NCBI GenBank assembly: GCA_964016885.1
Contig: OZ024757.1
Span: 15,190,001 to 15,254,000, forward strand
DNA from: Eledone cirrhosa
Taxonomy: Eukaryota
Length of the DNA stretch: 64,000 nucleotides
Direction of reading: 5' to 3'
The notes under the pieces were generated by a model. That model saw nothing but the letters and a program-made list of their open reading frames with translations, made no database searches and was not told the DNA's origin. Shown one piece after another: positions 42,252 through 55,957 of the stretch; within the stretch, counting starts at the first letter, position 1; every line of letters starts with the position of its first letter. Position numbers and translations under genes: made by a program.

Positions 42252-43377
42252 TATGTATGTATAGTTATGGTTATTGAGTGAAAATTGTTGTTTCGTATTG
42301 TGATCATTAGTATATTTACCATAAAAGAAAGAGTTTTTGTCATTAGACCTCCATCAATTTCTTAACATTTATACATGAAGAGTAATTCTAGAAATATATA
42401 TATATATATATATGTGTGGTGTATATATATATATATATATAACGAAGGAAATGTGGTGAGGAACCAGATGGACCATAATGCACCATACTTAGGGTAGTAG
42501 AGTGGGTAATAGGAACGAGTAGGACGTCGGGGTCCTACTCGTTCCTATATATATATATATATTTGTGTGCATATATATATATAAATATATATATTTGTGC
42601 CTATATATATATATATAAATATATATATTTGTGCATATATATATATAAATAAATAAATATATATATTTGTGCATATATATATATATATAAATATATATAT
42701 TTGTGCTTATATATATATATATAAATATATATATTTGTGCATATATATATATAAATATATAGATATATGTAATATACATATATGATTGTTATATATATGC
42801 TTATATATGTACACAAAATACACACACACACGTATAAATATGTATAAGTAGATTTCCTGAGAAACCCTTAAATCATTCCCTTAAGTAAAAATTACATTAA
42901 ATTAAATTAAAGAAAGAAAATATGGTAATGAGGCATTTATATAAAATTGACAAATTTACAGGTGTTAAAATTGATGTTTTGCATGTATTATAGTTAATTA
43001 ATTTAAAATAAAAACCTGAATATATATACACCCAGACATATATATAATGTAATATTTATATGCATGTATATATACATGTAAATATATGCATGTATACTAT
43101 TTCATTGAGAGGAGACATTTACAAGACTAATTCTGTTTAAATATGGTAATGAAATTGTCAGAGACCCTTTGCTGATGATTTCATTAACAATTGAAATAAA
43201 ATAGTCCCTCCAAAATAAAATAAAATTTAGTACAATCTCTACCTGGAGAATTGAGAACTTTAATTGAGGTTCCATACCATTCTTTAAAGGACCACCATTC
43301 TTATATATATATATCAATACATTCATATACATATATATATATATACTTGTATATATATAATTGTATGTAGATATTTG

Positions 43378-43409
<32 letters not shown>

Positions 43410-43410
43410 T

Positions 43411-43450
<40 letters not shown>

Positions 43451-44412
43451 ATAATAATAAAGACTAAAATCCAGAGAGGGCTCGATACGGATAAATATAT
43501 ATCAAATATATAAGAACCGTAGAGCAAATATTTATTAAAATAACAGATTAAAGTTTAAGCAAAGAATCGGTTCTTTCACCCTTAACGGGATCTTCTGAAA
43601 CTGAGAAGATCCCGTTAAGGGTGAAAGCAGCGATTCTTTGCTTAAACTTTAATCTGTTATTTTAATAAATAAATAAATATATATATATATATATATATAT
43701 ACATCTATATATATATATATATAATTACATTCTTATTTATATATAAATACATTTATAAATTGTTTGCTTAAGCTGTTTATCTGTTAAAATAAAAGATATA
43801 CATATGCACAAACACACACACAAACACACACACATATGTGCACGTGAATGCGATACTAATTTCAACAATACTAAATATGAACTATGAACTACTATTTATG
43901 TTGAAAGTGTCCATAACAATTACAATGTGAAGTGTGTGTGTGCAGATATTTATAACTTTATACATTATTTCCTAGAAGTTTTCTTACACCGGTATAAAAT
44001 AAAATGAAAGACATATTGTCAATATGTTTTTCAGTCATTTTTATAAATTTTCAAAGATTTCTATTTAAACTAATATCTTTTTAAAATTTTGAGCAAGAAT
44101 GAAAAAAATAAATTGATAATATTATTTCTACTTTTGGCACCAGTGCATTACTGGTACTTTATTGTATCGTTTATTTTATGTTTTTGATGTTAATTGATGG
44201 AGAGTGGAAATCTCAAAGAGAGAGAGTGGTGGTGGTGAGAGTGAGATACTGAGGTGAGAGTAAAGGAGAGAAAAAGAAAATGAGAGTGAGAGGGTGAGAG
44301 AGAGTGAGGTTGAGGGATAGAGAGAGAATGAGAAAAAGATATATATATATAGAGAGAGATAGAGAGAATGAGAAAAAGATATATATAGAGAGAGAGAGAG
44401 ATAGAAAGAGAA

Positions 44413-44475
<63 letters not shown>

Positions 44476-44619
44476 GAGGAAGTGAAGGAGAGATATGATG
44501 TTTCATTCCTTATAATTTAAGTTTCAATATGGAAATAAAAATACAAAAATAAGGATAAATAAATAGATTAAAACAAATATAGTGTAATACTAAATAACTA
44601 AGAAACAAACTACATTCAT

Positions 44620-44958
44620 GGTGTGTGTGTGTATCATTTGTAGTATGTCTGTGGTGTTGTGGGGTGTGTGTGTGATTTGTGGTATATATGTGGTGTGTGT
44701 TTTTGTGTGTTGTGTGTTTGTGTGGTTTGTGCTTGTGTGGTGTGTGTATGTGGCGTGTGATTTGTGGTATGTGTGTGGTGTGGTATGTGTGTGGTGTGTG
44801 TGTATGTGGTAACTGTGTGGTGTGGTATGAGTCTGTGGTGTGTGTGTATGTGGCATGTGATTTGTGGTATGTGTGTGGTGTGGTATGAGTGTGTGGTGTG
44901 TGAGTATGTGGCGTGTGATTTGTGGTAACTGTGTGGTTTGGTATGAGTCTGTGGTGTC
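44620..44958. repeat. GT-rich degenerate minisatellite
   Basis: gtgtgatttgtggtatgtgtgtggtgtggtatg units. Confidence 0.85.
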
Positions 44959-45009
44959 TTAATTATAAATTCAAATTTTAAGGTTATTTATCTGTGAAGA
45001 AGAATATTA

Positions 45010-45360
45010 CTAACTGTAAGCAGTCTTCTGAGGCAACATGGTGCAACTGTTAACAGACTCAGGCCTACATGCCTATCAAACTGATGATCACAATCTGTAT
45101 CTGTCTCTAAGCGGTCTTCAGGGGCAACCTGGTGCAACTGTTGACACCCCAGGCTTCCATGCCTGTCAAACCGAAGATCACAATCTGTATCTGTCTGTAA
45201 GCATGTCTTCAGAGGTAACCTGGTGCAAACAGACCCAGGCTTCAATGCTTGTCAAACCAAAGATTACAATCTGTCTGTAAGATTACAATCTGTCAGAGGC
45301 AACATGATGCAAGTGTCAACAGACCCAGGCTTCAATGTCTGTCAAACCGAAGATCACAAC
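45010..45360. repeat. ~80-90-bp tandem repeat, 4 copies
   Basis: ggcaac.tggtgcaa...caggcttc.atg..tgtcaaacc.aagatcacaa repeated. Confidence 0.8.
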
Positions 45361-45489
45361 TCAATGTATTGGTCACTTCCCAATAGATTTGTTGTCAAAC
45401 CTATAAAAATGGAGGCTTTTGGTCATTCATGGTCTTCAGACCACCCCCTATACACAACTATCTGGGCAATTTGGCTACCCACTACCCAC

Positions 45490-45775
45490 AGAGCCACTAC
45501 TTCTTTGAATTGAGAGATCACAGTTCTAATATTATGGACATGTAGTTAGAATGTCTCAGTAAAGAATCTATGAGCAAAACCAATCTGCAGGAGTCACAGG
45601 AGTAGACCCTGAGCAAGATGGTTGGATAACATGTATGAGCTCAACCGGTCTTGGTTAGGGATCCAACCAGATCAATTGGGGATAGCTGTTTCTGAGAGGA
45701 CCTGCTAGAAGGTGTGCTTAAGGTCTCTGCCCTCATAACCATCCCAGGAATAAGAATAAGTGAGTAAAGAAGACG
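45490..45775 (+). mobile_element. Degenerate RTE-like 3' fragment
   Basis: gaattgagagatcacagttc...gagcaagatggttggataacat...caggaataag matches 15369-15630. Confidence 0.65.
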
Positions 45776-45939
45776 ATATAAGCTTATTTTCTAATAACCT
45801 CTATTTCTTAATTTACAATAATTTTAATCCTGAAAGGCGAATCAATAGATTTGGGAAGTAGATCAAGTAAAAAATATTAATAACAAGCCTTTGTGTGCAC
45901 TCATTTCAATGACCTGGTTCCACAGAAACTCTTTAGTAA

Positions 45940-46147
45940 CCCTTTAGCATTTACATTACTTTATATTTACTATCATATTTTCATGGTAAAATCTTTACCT
46001 CACATAATATCGAATCTATGAGATTTTGATATTATTCATTTTGAAAATAATACCTTAACATAAGTATGAACAACTAGTTATGACCAGTTTGAAAAGAAAG
46101 AGGTGAAAGAATTCTGGCCAGTTACGGCCAGTTTAAATGCTAAAGTG
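45940..46147. mobile_element. piggyBac-type MITE, family A
   Basis: Same TIRs and internal sequence. Confidence 0.75.
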
Positions 46148-48187
46148 TTAAACGTTTTCAGTCCATCCCAGCCCAAACACTTATAGGCAGATAAAATGGT
46201 CAGCAGCCACTTTTCTCTAATGTCCCTGAGAACATTTTACTCGATTTTCTAATGCTATTATCCTTTATAGTGATTCTGTGTTAGGATTTCAAATTTAAAC
46301 CTTCTCTTAATGTTCCAGACATAAACTTAAAAATAACGAGAAAGTTACCATATATACTCGAATATAAGACACATCTGAAATTTTATATATGAGAAAGGGG
46401 CAAAAATCCAAACCCCTTTTATAGGATAAGGCAGCTAATCAACCCATTATGTTTAGATGGCAAATATAATCTAACCATTTTACCATCGATTTTTTTGGTT
46501 ACATATTTCTCAGCCTATATTTGAGTTATTTTACTAAATATAATTTTGCATCATTTACTAAATATAATTTTGTATCATTTTCAAAATTTATTGAAAATCA
46601 AAGGTGCATATTTCATAAAAAATATGGTAACAAAAGGGTTAATTATGACAGCTGAAGTTTAGTAAAACAAATGTGGAAATATATATATGGAAAACGTTTT
46701 TACACATTCAGCAATCTGGTCACAGAACCGTATTTCCTGGCATCGAATACAGTCTAATGTTGTGGATCCACCCATGATTGAATTAAGTCCATTCAAAACC
46801 CTAAGCCCCTAAAAGATTATTGCAACCCCCTCCCGCCACCACACCCATATATAAAAATCTACAAAGAAAGCTTTTTTGTGGGGTGGGAATAACAAATTTA
46901 ATTTGAATAAAATAGTGCCCCTCTTTCATCAATGCCTTAGATATGCATATATTTTACTTAATTATTAATACAGCCATTGACATATCTCAGGCCTGTCATC
47001 AAGGGAGCCACTATGCCCCCAACTTTTCAATAGCCCACTTTCAGATTTAGAAAAATTTAAGGGGTATGCTTATTCTGAAACCCTGCCTTAGAATTATTAC
47101 GAATTAGAGTGTTCACCTGGAATGTTCTAATGCTCTCACCCCCAAGCACCAAAACATATGGTGAGGGTCTGACACACCTCTAATTTTAGTTGCAACATTT
47201 TGAAAAAAAAAAAATGTTTAACATAATAACTAATGTAACCTTTGACCTCTAAAATAGATGGTAAAAATGTCCAGACATTTACTTTTAGGAGGAAAAAACC
47301 CAGCGGTCTTCCACCCCATGAAATACGATAATTGTTGTTTTCGTTTTCTTTTTCTTGACAAACTATTTTTAGATAAATTTTACAGTTTGTGATATCTTAG
47401 AAAATATATATAATATATAATCTTTGACACGTGGATTATCTGGGCACCTTCTTTGTGATCAGGCAAGCTTTTATAGATAATTAAAGATGATGAGTACTTC
47501 TCAATAAGCAGGAACATGCAGTGAGGTGACGGATAGCAATAAACATTGAAGAGAAGAGAACTGACAGGTAAGTTAGGTGGAAGTGAAACAAGAATATACC
47601 AGGGAAGGGGGAGGGAGTGTCATTCAGTGATGCAAGACACAGTGTTTTCTTCTTCAGTTAGAAAAAACATTTTTTTTCGTTTTTTTTTAGCATTTTTATC
47701 AGGGATAGCAGCATAGATTTTTCTGGTCAAGTGTTAATTAGCACAATGTTTATTAGCATTGGTAATTAGCAGCTTTTAGTAAACATAACTGACCATAGTA
47801 AGAGGTTCTACAAGAAGTGTAGCCAAAAGACCCATTTAGCCAACCACTTGATCCATCTCTTCATCCACTCGAAGGAAAATAGAGGGAATAAGTAGAAATG
47901 TAATAGTAATAATAACAACAATAATAATGATAATAATAATATTAATAGTAATAATAATAAAATGCATTTCCAGCACAACAAGCTACCACAGAGACAATAC
48001 AGCTGGAGTACATACAGGGGATTGCTTACAGGGGGTGAAGGGAAGAGAAGGGGAGGGGAGGAGTAAAAATACCAACTGACAAGTGAAAGGCTGGTAGGAA
48101 AGAAGAGTGGGTGCAAAACACAGTTTTGATGAAGTTGGTTTTTAGACAGCTCACGAATAGATAGAGAGCCCTTTTCCAAATGCTTAC

Positions 48188-48313
48188 TTCATCTTTGTTG
48201 AGTTTAGTCATGGAAGCTGTGATTTGATTGGCTGCTATGGAGAGAAGGGCATTATCGATACTGGCCTCACTTCCAATTGAGGTTCGTCGTCCAACATCCT
48301 TCATTTCAATACT
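48188..48313 (-). CDS. cac: Cav2 alpha-1 exon, 42 aa (SIEMKDVGRRTSIGSEASIDNALLSIAANQITASMTKLNKDE), probably a cassette
   Basis: Acceptor ccttttgccttgtag|AGT and donor GAA|GTAAGC; phase 0-0, 126 nt. SIEMKDVG...ASMTKL resembles vertebrate Cav2.1 SVEMREMG...AASMPRL (recalled, not aligned). Confidence 0.8.
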
Positions 48314-48799
48314 CTACAAGGCAAAAGGTAGGACATGAAAAAGGGTTCTCTTGACTCCAAAAAAGGTTCTCTTGAACCAAAATCACACTAAACTTACTTG
48401 TAAGACCCTTAACTCTCTCTTTCTCTCTCTTTCTATATATATATATATATCTCACTCATTCTCTCTTTCTCTTACACACACACACACATTCACAACCTCT
48501 CTTTTTATCTCATTCCTGTCCTTAGTCTCTTATCTACTGTGGAAACGCAAGTTGTAAAATGAGAATTTTATTTATGCTTTTTATTATCGAAGTCAACGTA
48601 AATATTGATTTTGGGACGTTTTCTTCTTTTCTTTTTTTAAAAAGGGATACGCATAAAAAATAGATAAAATTGGATTAAATGCTCTGAAATAGCGATATAT
48701 ATGTGAAGATAGACATAGAATATTCAAACCAGTTCCTGTACACAGCTAAGTATTCTATAAGTCTCTAGCTGTGTCATTCTCGATAAAAGCACTGGATAT

Positions 48800-48842
48800 G
48801 TAATCCTGAAGATTTCTAATAAGAATGAAACGCGTAGGTTAC
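48800..48842 (+). ncRNA. Type I hammerhead ribozyme motif with a palindromic minimal stem III
   Basis: GTAATC-CTGAAGA-T-TTC-TAATAA-GAA-T-GAAAC-GC-GTA-GGTTAC. It has the CUGANGA and GAAA cores, a GUA cleavage triplet and stem I GUAAUC/GGUUAC, extended by a perfect 16-bp stem (48776-48791/48849-48864). Confidence 0.8.
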
Positions 48843-49170
48843 TTCCCTTGCTTTTATCGAGAATCTAATTGTAATACGTGACGTATTCTATTCTATAGCG
48901 ATTAGGTCTTCAAAATGTTTATTATAAACATACAGAATATTTTCGAATATTCTATGTCTATATAGATAAAATATTTAAATAATAAAATATTTTAGGGGTT
49001 CTTTAATAGAATCAAAACAAAGAGAAAAAGAACAACAGACATGAAACATAAATTTTAAAACTAGTCTTCTAAATTCGACCACAGTAGATAGAACTAAAGT
49101 TTGCATTCATAAAACAAAAACTAAATTAAATATATTAAAATATTCTGTTGAAAAATGTTAAGGCTTTATG

Positions 49171-49211
<41 letters not shown>

Positions 49212-49517
49212 TATGCATATATATATATATGAATATATATATATTTATGCATGTATATATATATATATACATATATATGCATATATCTACATGTATATAT
49301 ATATATATATGCATGTATATGCATATATATGTGTATATATCTATATATTTATGTATATGCATATATATATGTATATATATCTATATATTCATGTATATGC
49401 ATATATATATATATACACATACATACATACATGTATATGCATATATACATGTATATATATATATACATATTTATACACATATACACACACACACAACAAC
49501 ACATATATATGTATACT

Positions 49518-49548
<31 letters not shown>

Positions 49549-50817
49549 GTGTGTGTATATAAGTATGACACACACATATGTGTGTATATATGTATGACTC
49601 ACAATATATATATATATATATAATACACATATAATTCATGCCGAGTTAATAACATAAAAATTTAAAATAATAAAAATTTGCTGAAATATCAACATGAAAC
49701 AAAGAAAAAAAACAACTATAAAACCTAAATTGAGAGTAAAAAAAAAACACTGAAAAAAAGTCAAAACCAACAATAACAATAACAAAATCAAAAAAACTAG
49801 AAACAAATGCAAGAATAATGATGTTAATGATGATGGTGACGATAATGATGATGGTGACGATAATGATGATGGTGACGATGATGATGATGGTGCATCATCA
49901 TTATTATGTTGACGAGTTGACGATGATGATGATGATGAGGATGATAATGACTAAAAAAATGTTTGGGAAAGTGTATATAACATTAATACAAATCTACCTG
50001 TGGCAATAAATAAATCATATATATATATATAATATATATATATAATATATATATATAATATATTTATATATATATAATATATTTATATATTATATATATA
50101 TTATATATATATATATTATATATATATATATATATATAATATATTTATATATATATATATTTAAATATATATAATATATTTATATATTATATATATATAA
50201 TACATTTATATATTATATATATATTATATATATATTATATAATATATTTATATATATAGAATATATTTATATATATATTATATATATATAATATATTTAT
50301 ATATATATAATATATTTATATATATATAATATATTTATATATTATATATATATATATTTATATATAGTTAAATAAAACCATTTAATAAGTTTTAAAGGTT
50401 TAACAAAGATATTTTTGTCCCCAAAAAACATTAGTTATGAAAAAGATATCCTGAAAAGAGAAAAAGAAGAAAAGAACAAGAAGTACCAACACTACAAGTT
50501 GTATCTGTGTCAATATCTTATATTATAGGAGCTGTATAAATGTATGCATATACATATATATGTATATATGCATATATATATGTATATATGCATATATATA
50601 TATACATATATATACATATATACACACATGCATATATACATACGTGCATATATACATATGTACACATATATATATATATATATACAAACACACTTCTACA
50701 GAATTCTAATAAAAGTGTGTATGCATTTTTTGGGATACCCTGTATATATATATATATACACATATATATATAGGAGATGATTGATTAACCACAAAATGAT
50801 CACATTTAGTATGTTAA

Positions 50818-51037
50818 CCCTTTAGTATTCACATTACTCTATATATACTATTATATTTTCACGGTAAAGGCTTTACCTCACATAATTATCTCACATAATA
50901 TCGAATCTATGAGATTTTGAAAGTATTTATTTTGAGAAGAATACCTTAACATCAGTTTGAGCAACCAGTTACAGCCAGTTTCAACAGAAAGATGTAGAGA
51001 ATTCTGACCGGTTTTGGCCAGTTTGAACATTAAAGGG
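50818..51037. mobile_element. piggyBac-type MITE, family A
   Basis: Same TIRs and TTAA flanks. Confidence 0.8.
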
Positions 51038-51443
51038 TTAAAAATATATTAGTATATATATATATATAAACTACACAATAGCTTGGAGGAATTATGCCTT
51101 ACTTGTATGACTTAAAATCTAATTGCATGATGCTTAAAAAAAAATAACGCTTTTCTTTGACTATTTAATGAACTGCCTTGCATATGTGTCTTTTTGAGAA
51201 AAAAACAACCTTTTTAATACTTATAATTTATTGATTTTGCATTGATTTGGTATTTTTTTGGGGGGACATGCAATCTCCAGGTCTTATAATGAATACCTGA
51301 AGATATTTTAATGTTACTTAATGGCATTAAAATTGAAATGTATATACATACATACATATATATATATATATACATGTACACACACATATATATATACATA
51401 CACACACACACATATATATACATACACACACATATATATACAT

Positions 51444-51476
<33 letters not shown>

Positions 51477-53017
51477 CATACATACATGTACATATATACA
51501 CATATATATACATACAATATATATTCATATATACATATATATGCACACAAACACACACAAACATGCATTCATATATTTATACTATATTTTAAACTATGTA
51601 TTCTCTTAGAACATATTTAGGTTGAAATCATAGATAAATAATCGAATACACAATAATAGAAGCATTTGCTCTATGCTCCTGAATACTGTCACAATCTGTT
51701 ATTTTTTCATTATCTCCTGAAAATGACTCCCTTGATAAAAGCAGGAGGAACAAAAATTCATGAAAATATGTTTGTTTGATATTAAATTTACGAATAAAAA
51801 TATAGTATGACATTGTGAGGTGGTTAGAATTGGTTTTTGGTTTTCGAAAGCCAGTACAATGCCGATTAGAGATACAAGGGCCGGCTAAATATTTCATAGG
51901 CTGACTATGAAGGGATTATTAATAACTGTTTTGTTTCTTTCGAGGGAGTATGTTGAAAAATAAACCTCATTTGGTCATTTCATGAGAGTATCTTGGTAAG
52001 GCTATGAGCTTTTCAGCTGACTCTCATACATTATTTCTTTCCAGGGAGTATGTTGAAAAATAAACCTCATTTGTCCATTCTATGAGAGCATCTTGGTCAG
52101 CCTATGAACTTTTCAGCCAACCCTCCCACATGAGTGAAAATATTAGTAAGGTATGATAAAACAAAATAAACCATAATTTACACTTTTACTTGATATTTCA
52201 TATTTTGGAGGTTTTTGACCCCCTTTTTTTTTCAAAAGACAAAGAAGATGGGTCCTTCTATACTGATACTGGGTTAGAGGGGTGGTGCCATGCTTGGACT
52301 GATTTAGACACAAAAGCCATCAGCTGAATATAATTTGTAAGTGTGCAACTTTGCGTCATATCAGGGTCTCAGATCACTTTTTCAGACAAACCATGGGTTC
52401 TATTTGCTACTACCATCACTTTACTTTTACTTGTTTGGAAAAAAATGGATGCTAATCCTGAAATGTGATGGTGCATGGCTTTGTGGTTAGTGTGCTAGCC
52501 TCACGATCATAAAGTTGTGAGTTCAATTTCTGGCACCAGGTGCTGCATTGTGTCCTTGAGCAAGATATTCTATTTCACATTGCTCCAATCAACACAGATG
52601 GAAAAAAAGAGCTATGACAAATCTGGTGCCAAGCTGTATTGGCCTTTGCCTTTCTCTTGGACATCATATATATATATATATTTATATATATCGTATGAGT
52701 ATATGAGTTGTAACAACACTAGTGACAAGTTGTATCAGCCATTGCCTTTCCTTGAATAATATAATATACAGTGTGTATATATATATATATACACTTGATT
52801 TTTTAATTTGTTTTGCAAGATTTCTTATCTGAAAAAGTATGTTGAACCAGATATTGTTATACTTTGGGTCGGTCATGCTGCCAATATATAAACAACTATC
52901 CGGTTATTGAACCAACCAACCAACCAACCGGAAATTTATAATAAATTGAAGTGAAAACCAACAGGTGCATGTGTTTTTATTGGAGCGTGACCCTCCCAAA
53001 GTATAACTATATATAAC

Positions 53018-53051
<34 letters not shown>

Positions 53052-53422
53052 ATATATTTAGTATGTACAGATAGAGTATATAGTGTATATTATATGAGTT
53101 ACTACAATACAGGTGTCAAGCTGTGTCAACCTTTGACTTTCAAGGACATAGAAAATTAAGATTTACATGTGTGGGCGACTGATAGTTTTTCACAAAAACA
53201 CCCTACCCAGGCTTATGCTTCAAAGGGGCAAACCCTTGGCCAGTCATACCTGAATGGGGTATTTTCCCTTCTTTTTATCACTGAAATATCATGAAATACA
53301 AGGTAAAAGTGTAAATTGTTGTTTGGTCTTGTTTTGAATTACTTCCCTTGTATTTTCACTCTTTTATTTTTAACTTCCATTTTTCTGTACTGGCTTTTTC
53401 TAAATCAACTCTAAAAATAATC

Positions 53423-53453
<31 letters not shown>

Positions 53454-53891
53454 GAATTCTACTGAAAATCAAAACTATGGTACCATGGTGCTATACTAGA
53501 CGTGCATACTATCACTATGTTGTAAAAAATCTCTGATAATCTAATTTTGATACAATTCAGAGTATTTATAATGCTTACATCAACAACTTGCAGTGTGTTT
53601 TACTTCAAACTTAAAAGGTTGGAGGTTGAGGGGAGGTGTTTACAAAAACAGAAATAGGAAGGAAGAAAAAAAAAAACCATTTTCACCAGTGTAAGTCTAT
53701 TAACCACCACCAGAATAATATATTATAAAGAGAGAAAAACCAACAAAATTGAAAGAAATTTTAGAATCCAACTGCCGCTGTTAGTTTATCCAAAGATTGC
53801 CAAATTCATGCAAGAAACTGCAAGATTTTGTGGCCTTTTTATTGTAGAGGGAAAGCACATAGTACTTATTTTCTTTTTTTAAATTTGCTAC

Positions 53892-53993
53892 CTTGTACTT
53901 TAGGTTTTCATACAACTGATTCTCATCAACACCAGAGAAAGAGGGGTTAACATAGGCACCTCTTTGTTGGGTTTCGTTGAAATTTGCTTGATT
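53892..53993 (-). CDS. cac: Candidate Cav2 cassette exon, 34 aa ([34 protein letters not shown])
   Basis: T-rich tract followed by ggatcag|AAT; open phase 0-0 frame of 102 nt in unique sequence. The donor AAG|GTAGCA is weak. Confidence 0.5.
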
Positions 53994-54694
53994 CTGATCC
54001 AATAAAAAATAACAAAAACAAATAAAATAAAAACTGAACAAATTTGAAATATATATATACATATATATGTATGTGTACATACATATATATGTATGTATAT
54101 ATATTTATATGTATATATATAGATATATGTATGTATACATATATATATGTATGTATATATACATATATATATATGTATACATATATATATGTATGTATAT
54201 ATACATATATATATGTATGTATATATACATATATATATACATATATATATGTATATATGTATATATATAGATATATATATATGTATATGTATGTATACAT
54301 ATATATATATGTATACATATATATATGTATATATACATATATATGTATGTATACATATATATATATGTATGTATACATATATATGTATGTATACAATTAT
54401 ATGTATGTATACAATTATATGTATGTATACATACATATGTATGTATATATACATACATATATATGTATGTATATATACATACATATGTATGTATACATAC
54501 ATATAATTGTATACATACCTATAATTGTATACATATATATATATGTATACATATATATATATATGTTTGTATACATATATATATATGTTTGTATACATAT
54601 ATATATATGTATCCATATATATATGTATGTATACATATATATGTATGTATACATACATAAATGTTTGTATTCATAAATGTATGTATACATACAT

Positions 54695-54765
<71 letters not shown>

Positions 54766-55774
54766 CATCTATATATCAGTTGGATGTGTTGCCACAGTTT
54801 GAGACAGGATTAGTTGGTAAACCTTGTCTTGTTTATATGCTCCATATTTAGCACATTTTCTATAACTGGATGAAAGTAGTTTTTTTATTTATTTATTATC
54901 GCACCAGCATTATCACTTTCCAGAGTGGACTGGGTGCATTTTATTGTGCCATCAGCACTAGAGAGGTTGTTACTAAAAGAGTCTTCACAACCCTATATGT
55001 TCCAAGTTCATTTGCTAATATTTTACAGAGGCTACAGAATGGATTTTAGCAAGGTACCAACACTAGTAAGTTTGCTTTGAGTCTTTCAAAACCAAAGTGT
55101 ACTCACTAATCTCTGTTGTTTCCATTTAATTTAGGCAATGTGACCTGGATGGTCAATATATTAAAACTATAACTGAAAACTAAAAATTTGGAGATTACCC
55201 TTTGAAATACATATGTACAATGTACATAGAAGTTTATTCATTGTTTACATAATTTAGATGATGTATGTAAAGGCTGAATGAATTTATTTCTAATATATAT
55301 CTTCTTTAAAGTTTTACTGCTAAAAGCAGAGATCTTTCGACTTGAATATCTTCTTATTAACTCTTAACATCCTGTACCACATCAAACCACATTCACAAGA
55401 CATTCTTGAAAAGTACAAAACAGCATTATGATTGCATCCCATTAAAAATTAAAGTCTTTACTCTAATACTACAAATTTTCATAATGATCTGTCAGCTAGT
55501 AGAAATACTGTAATCATTTGAATTGACAAACTGGTTTTTAGATATTTTCAGCTAAATCATTACAAGATGTCTTGAAAAGTATAAAACAACACTATGACTG
55601 CATCACATTACCATATATACTTGAATATGAGCCGAGAAATATGTGACCAAAAAATCTATAGTAGAAGGGAAGGTTGGTTTATATTTGGGGTCAATATTTT
55701 GACGCTTTACACCAACTTCAAATTCTATGGAAATAAGGTTTGGATATTTGCCCATTTCTCAGACATAAAATAAT

Positions 55775-55957
55775 TGTTTCTACTTTTGACACAAGGCCAG
55801 CAATTATCCCAGTGTATTACTGGTATTTTTATCGACCCCGTAAGTATGAAAGGCAAAGTTAACCTCGGCGGGATTTGAACTCAGACCATAAAGAGCCATA
55901 ACTCTTTGCTGCAAAGCAAGGCGTCCGACCCTCTACCGATACCACCAATCCACCACT
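55775..55957 (-). mobile_element. tRNA-derived SINE, same family
   Basis: Same consensus. Confidence 0.8.

Larger units (their letters stand above)
49174..54775. repeat. (TA)n-derived microsatellite blocks
   Basis: Runs at 49174-49630, 50017-50366, 50540-50770, 51340-51560 and 54050-54775. Confidence 0.93.
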
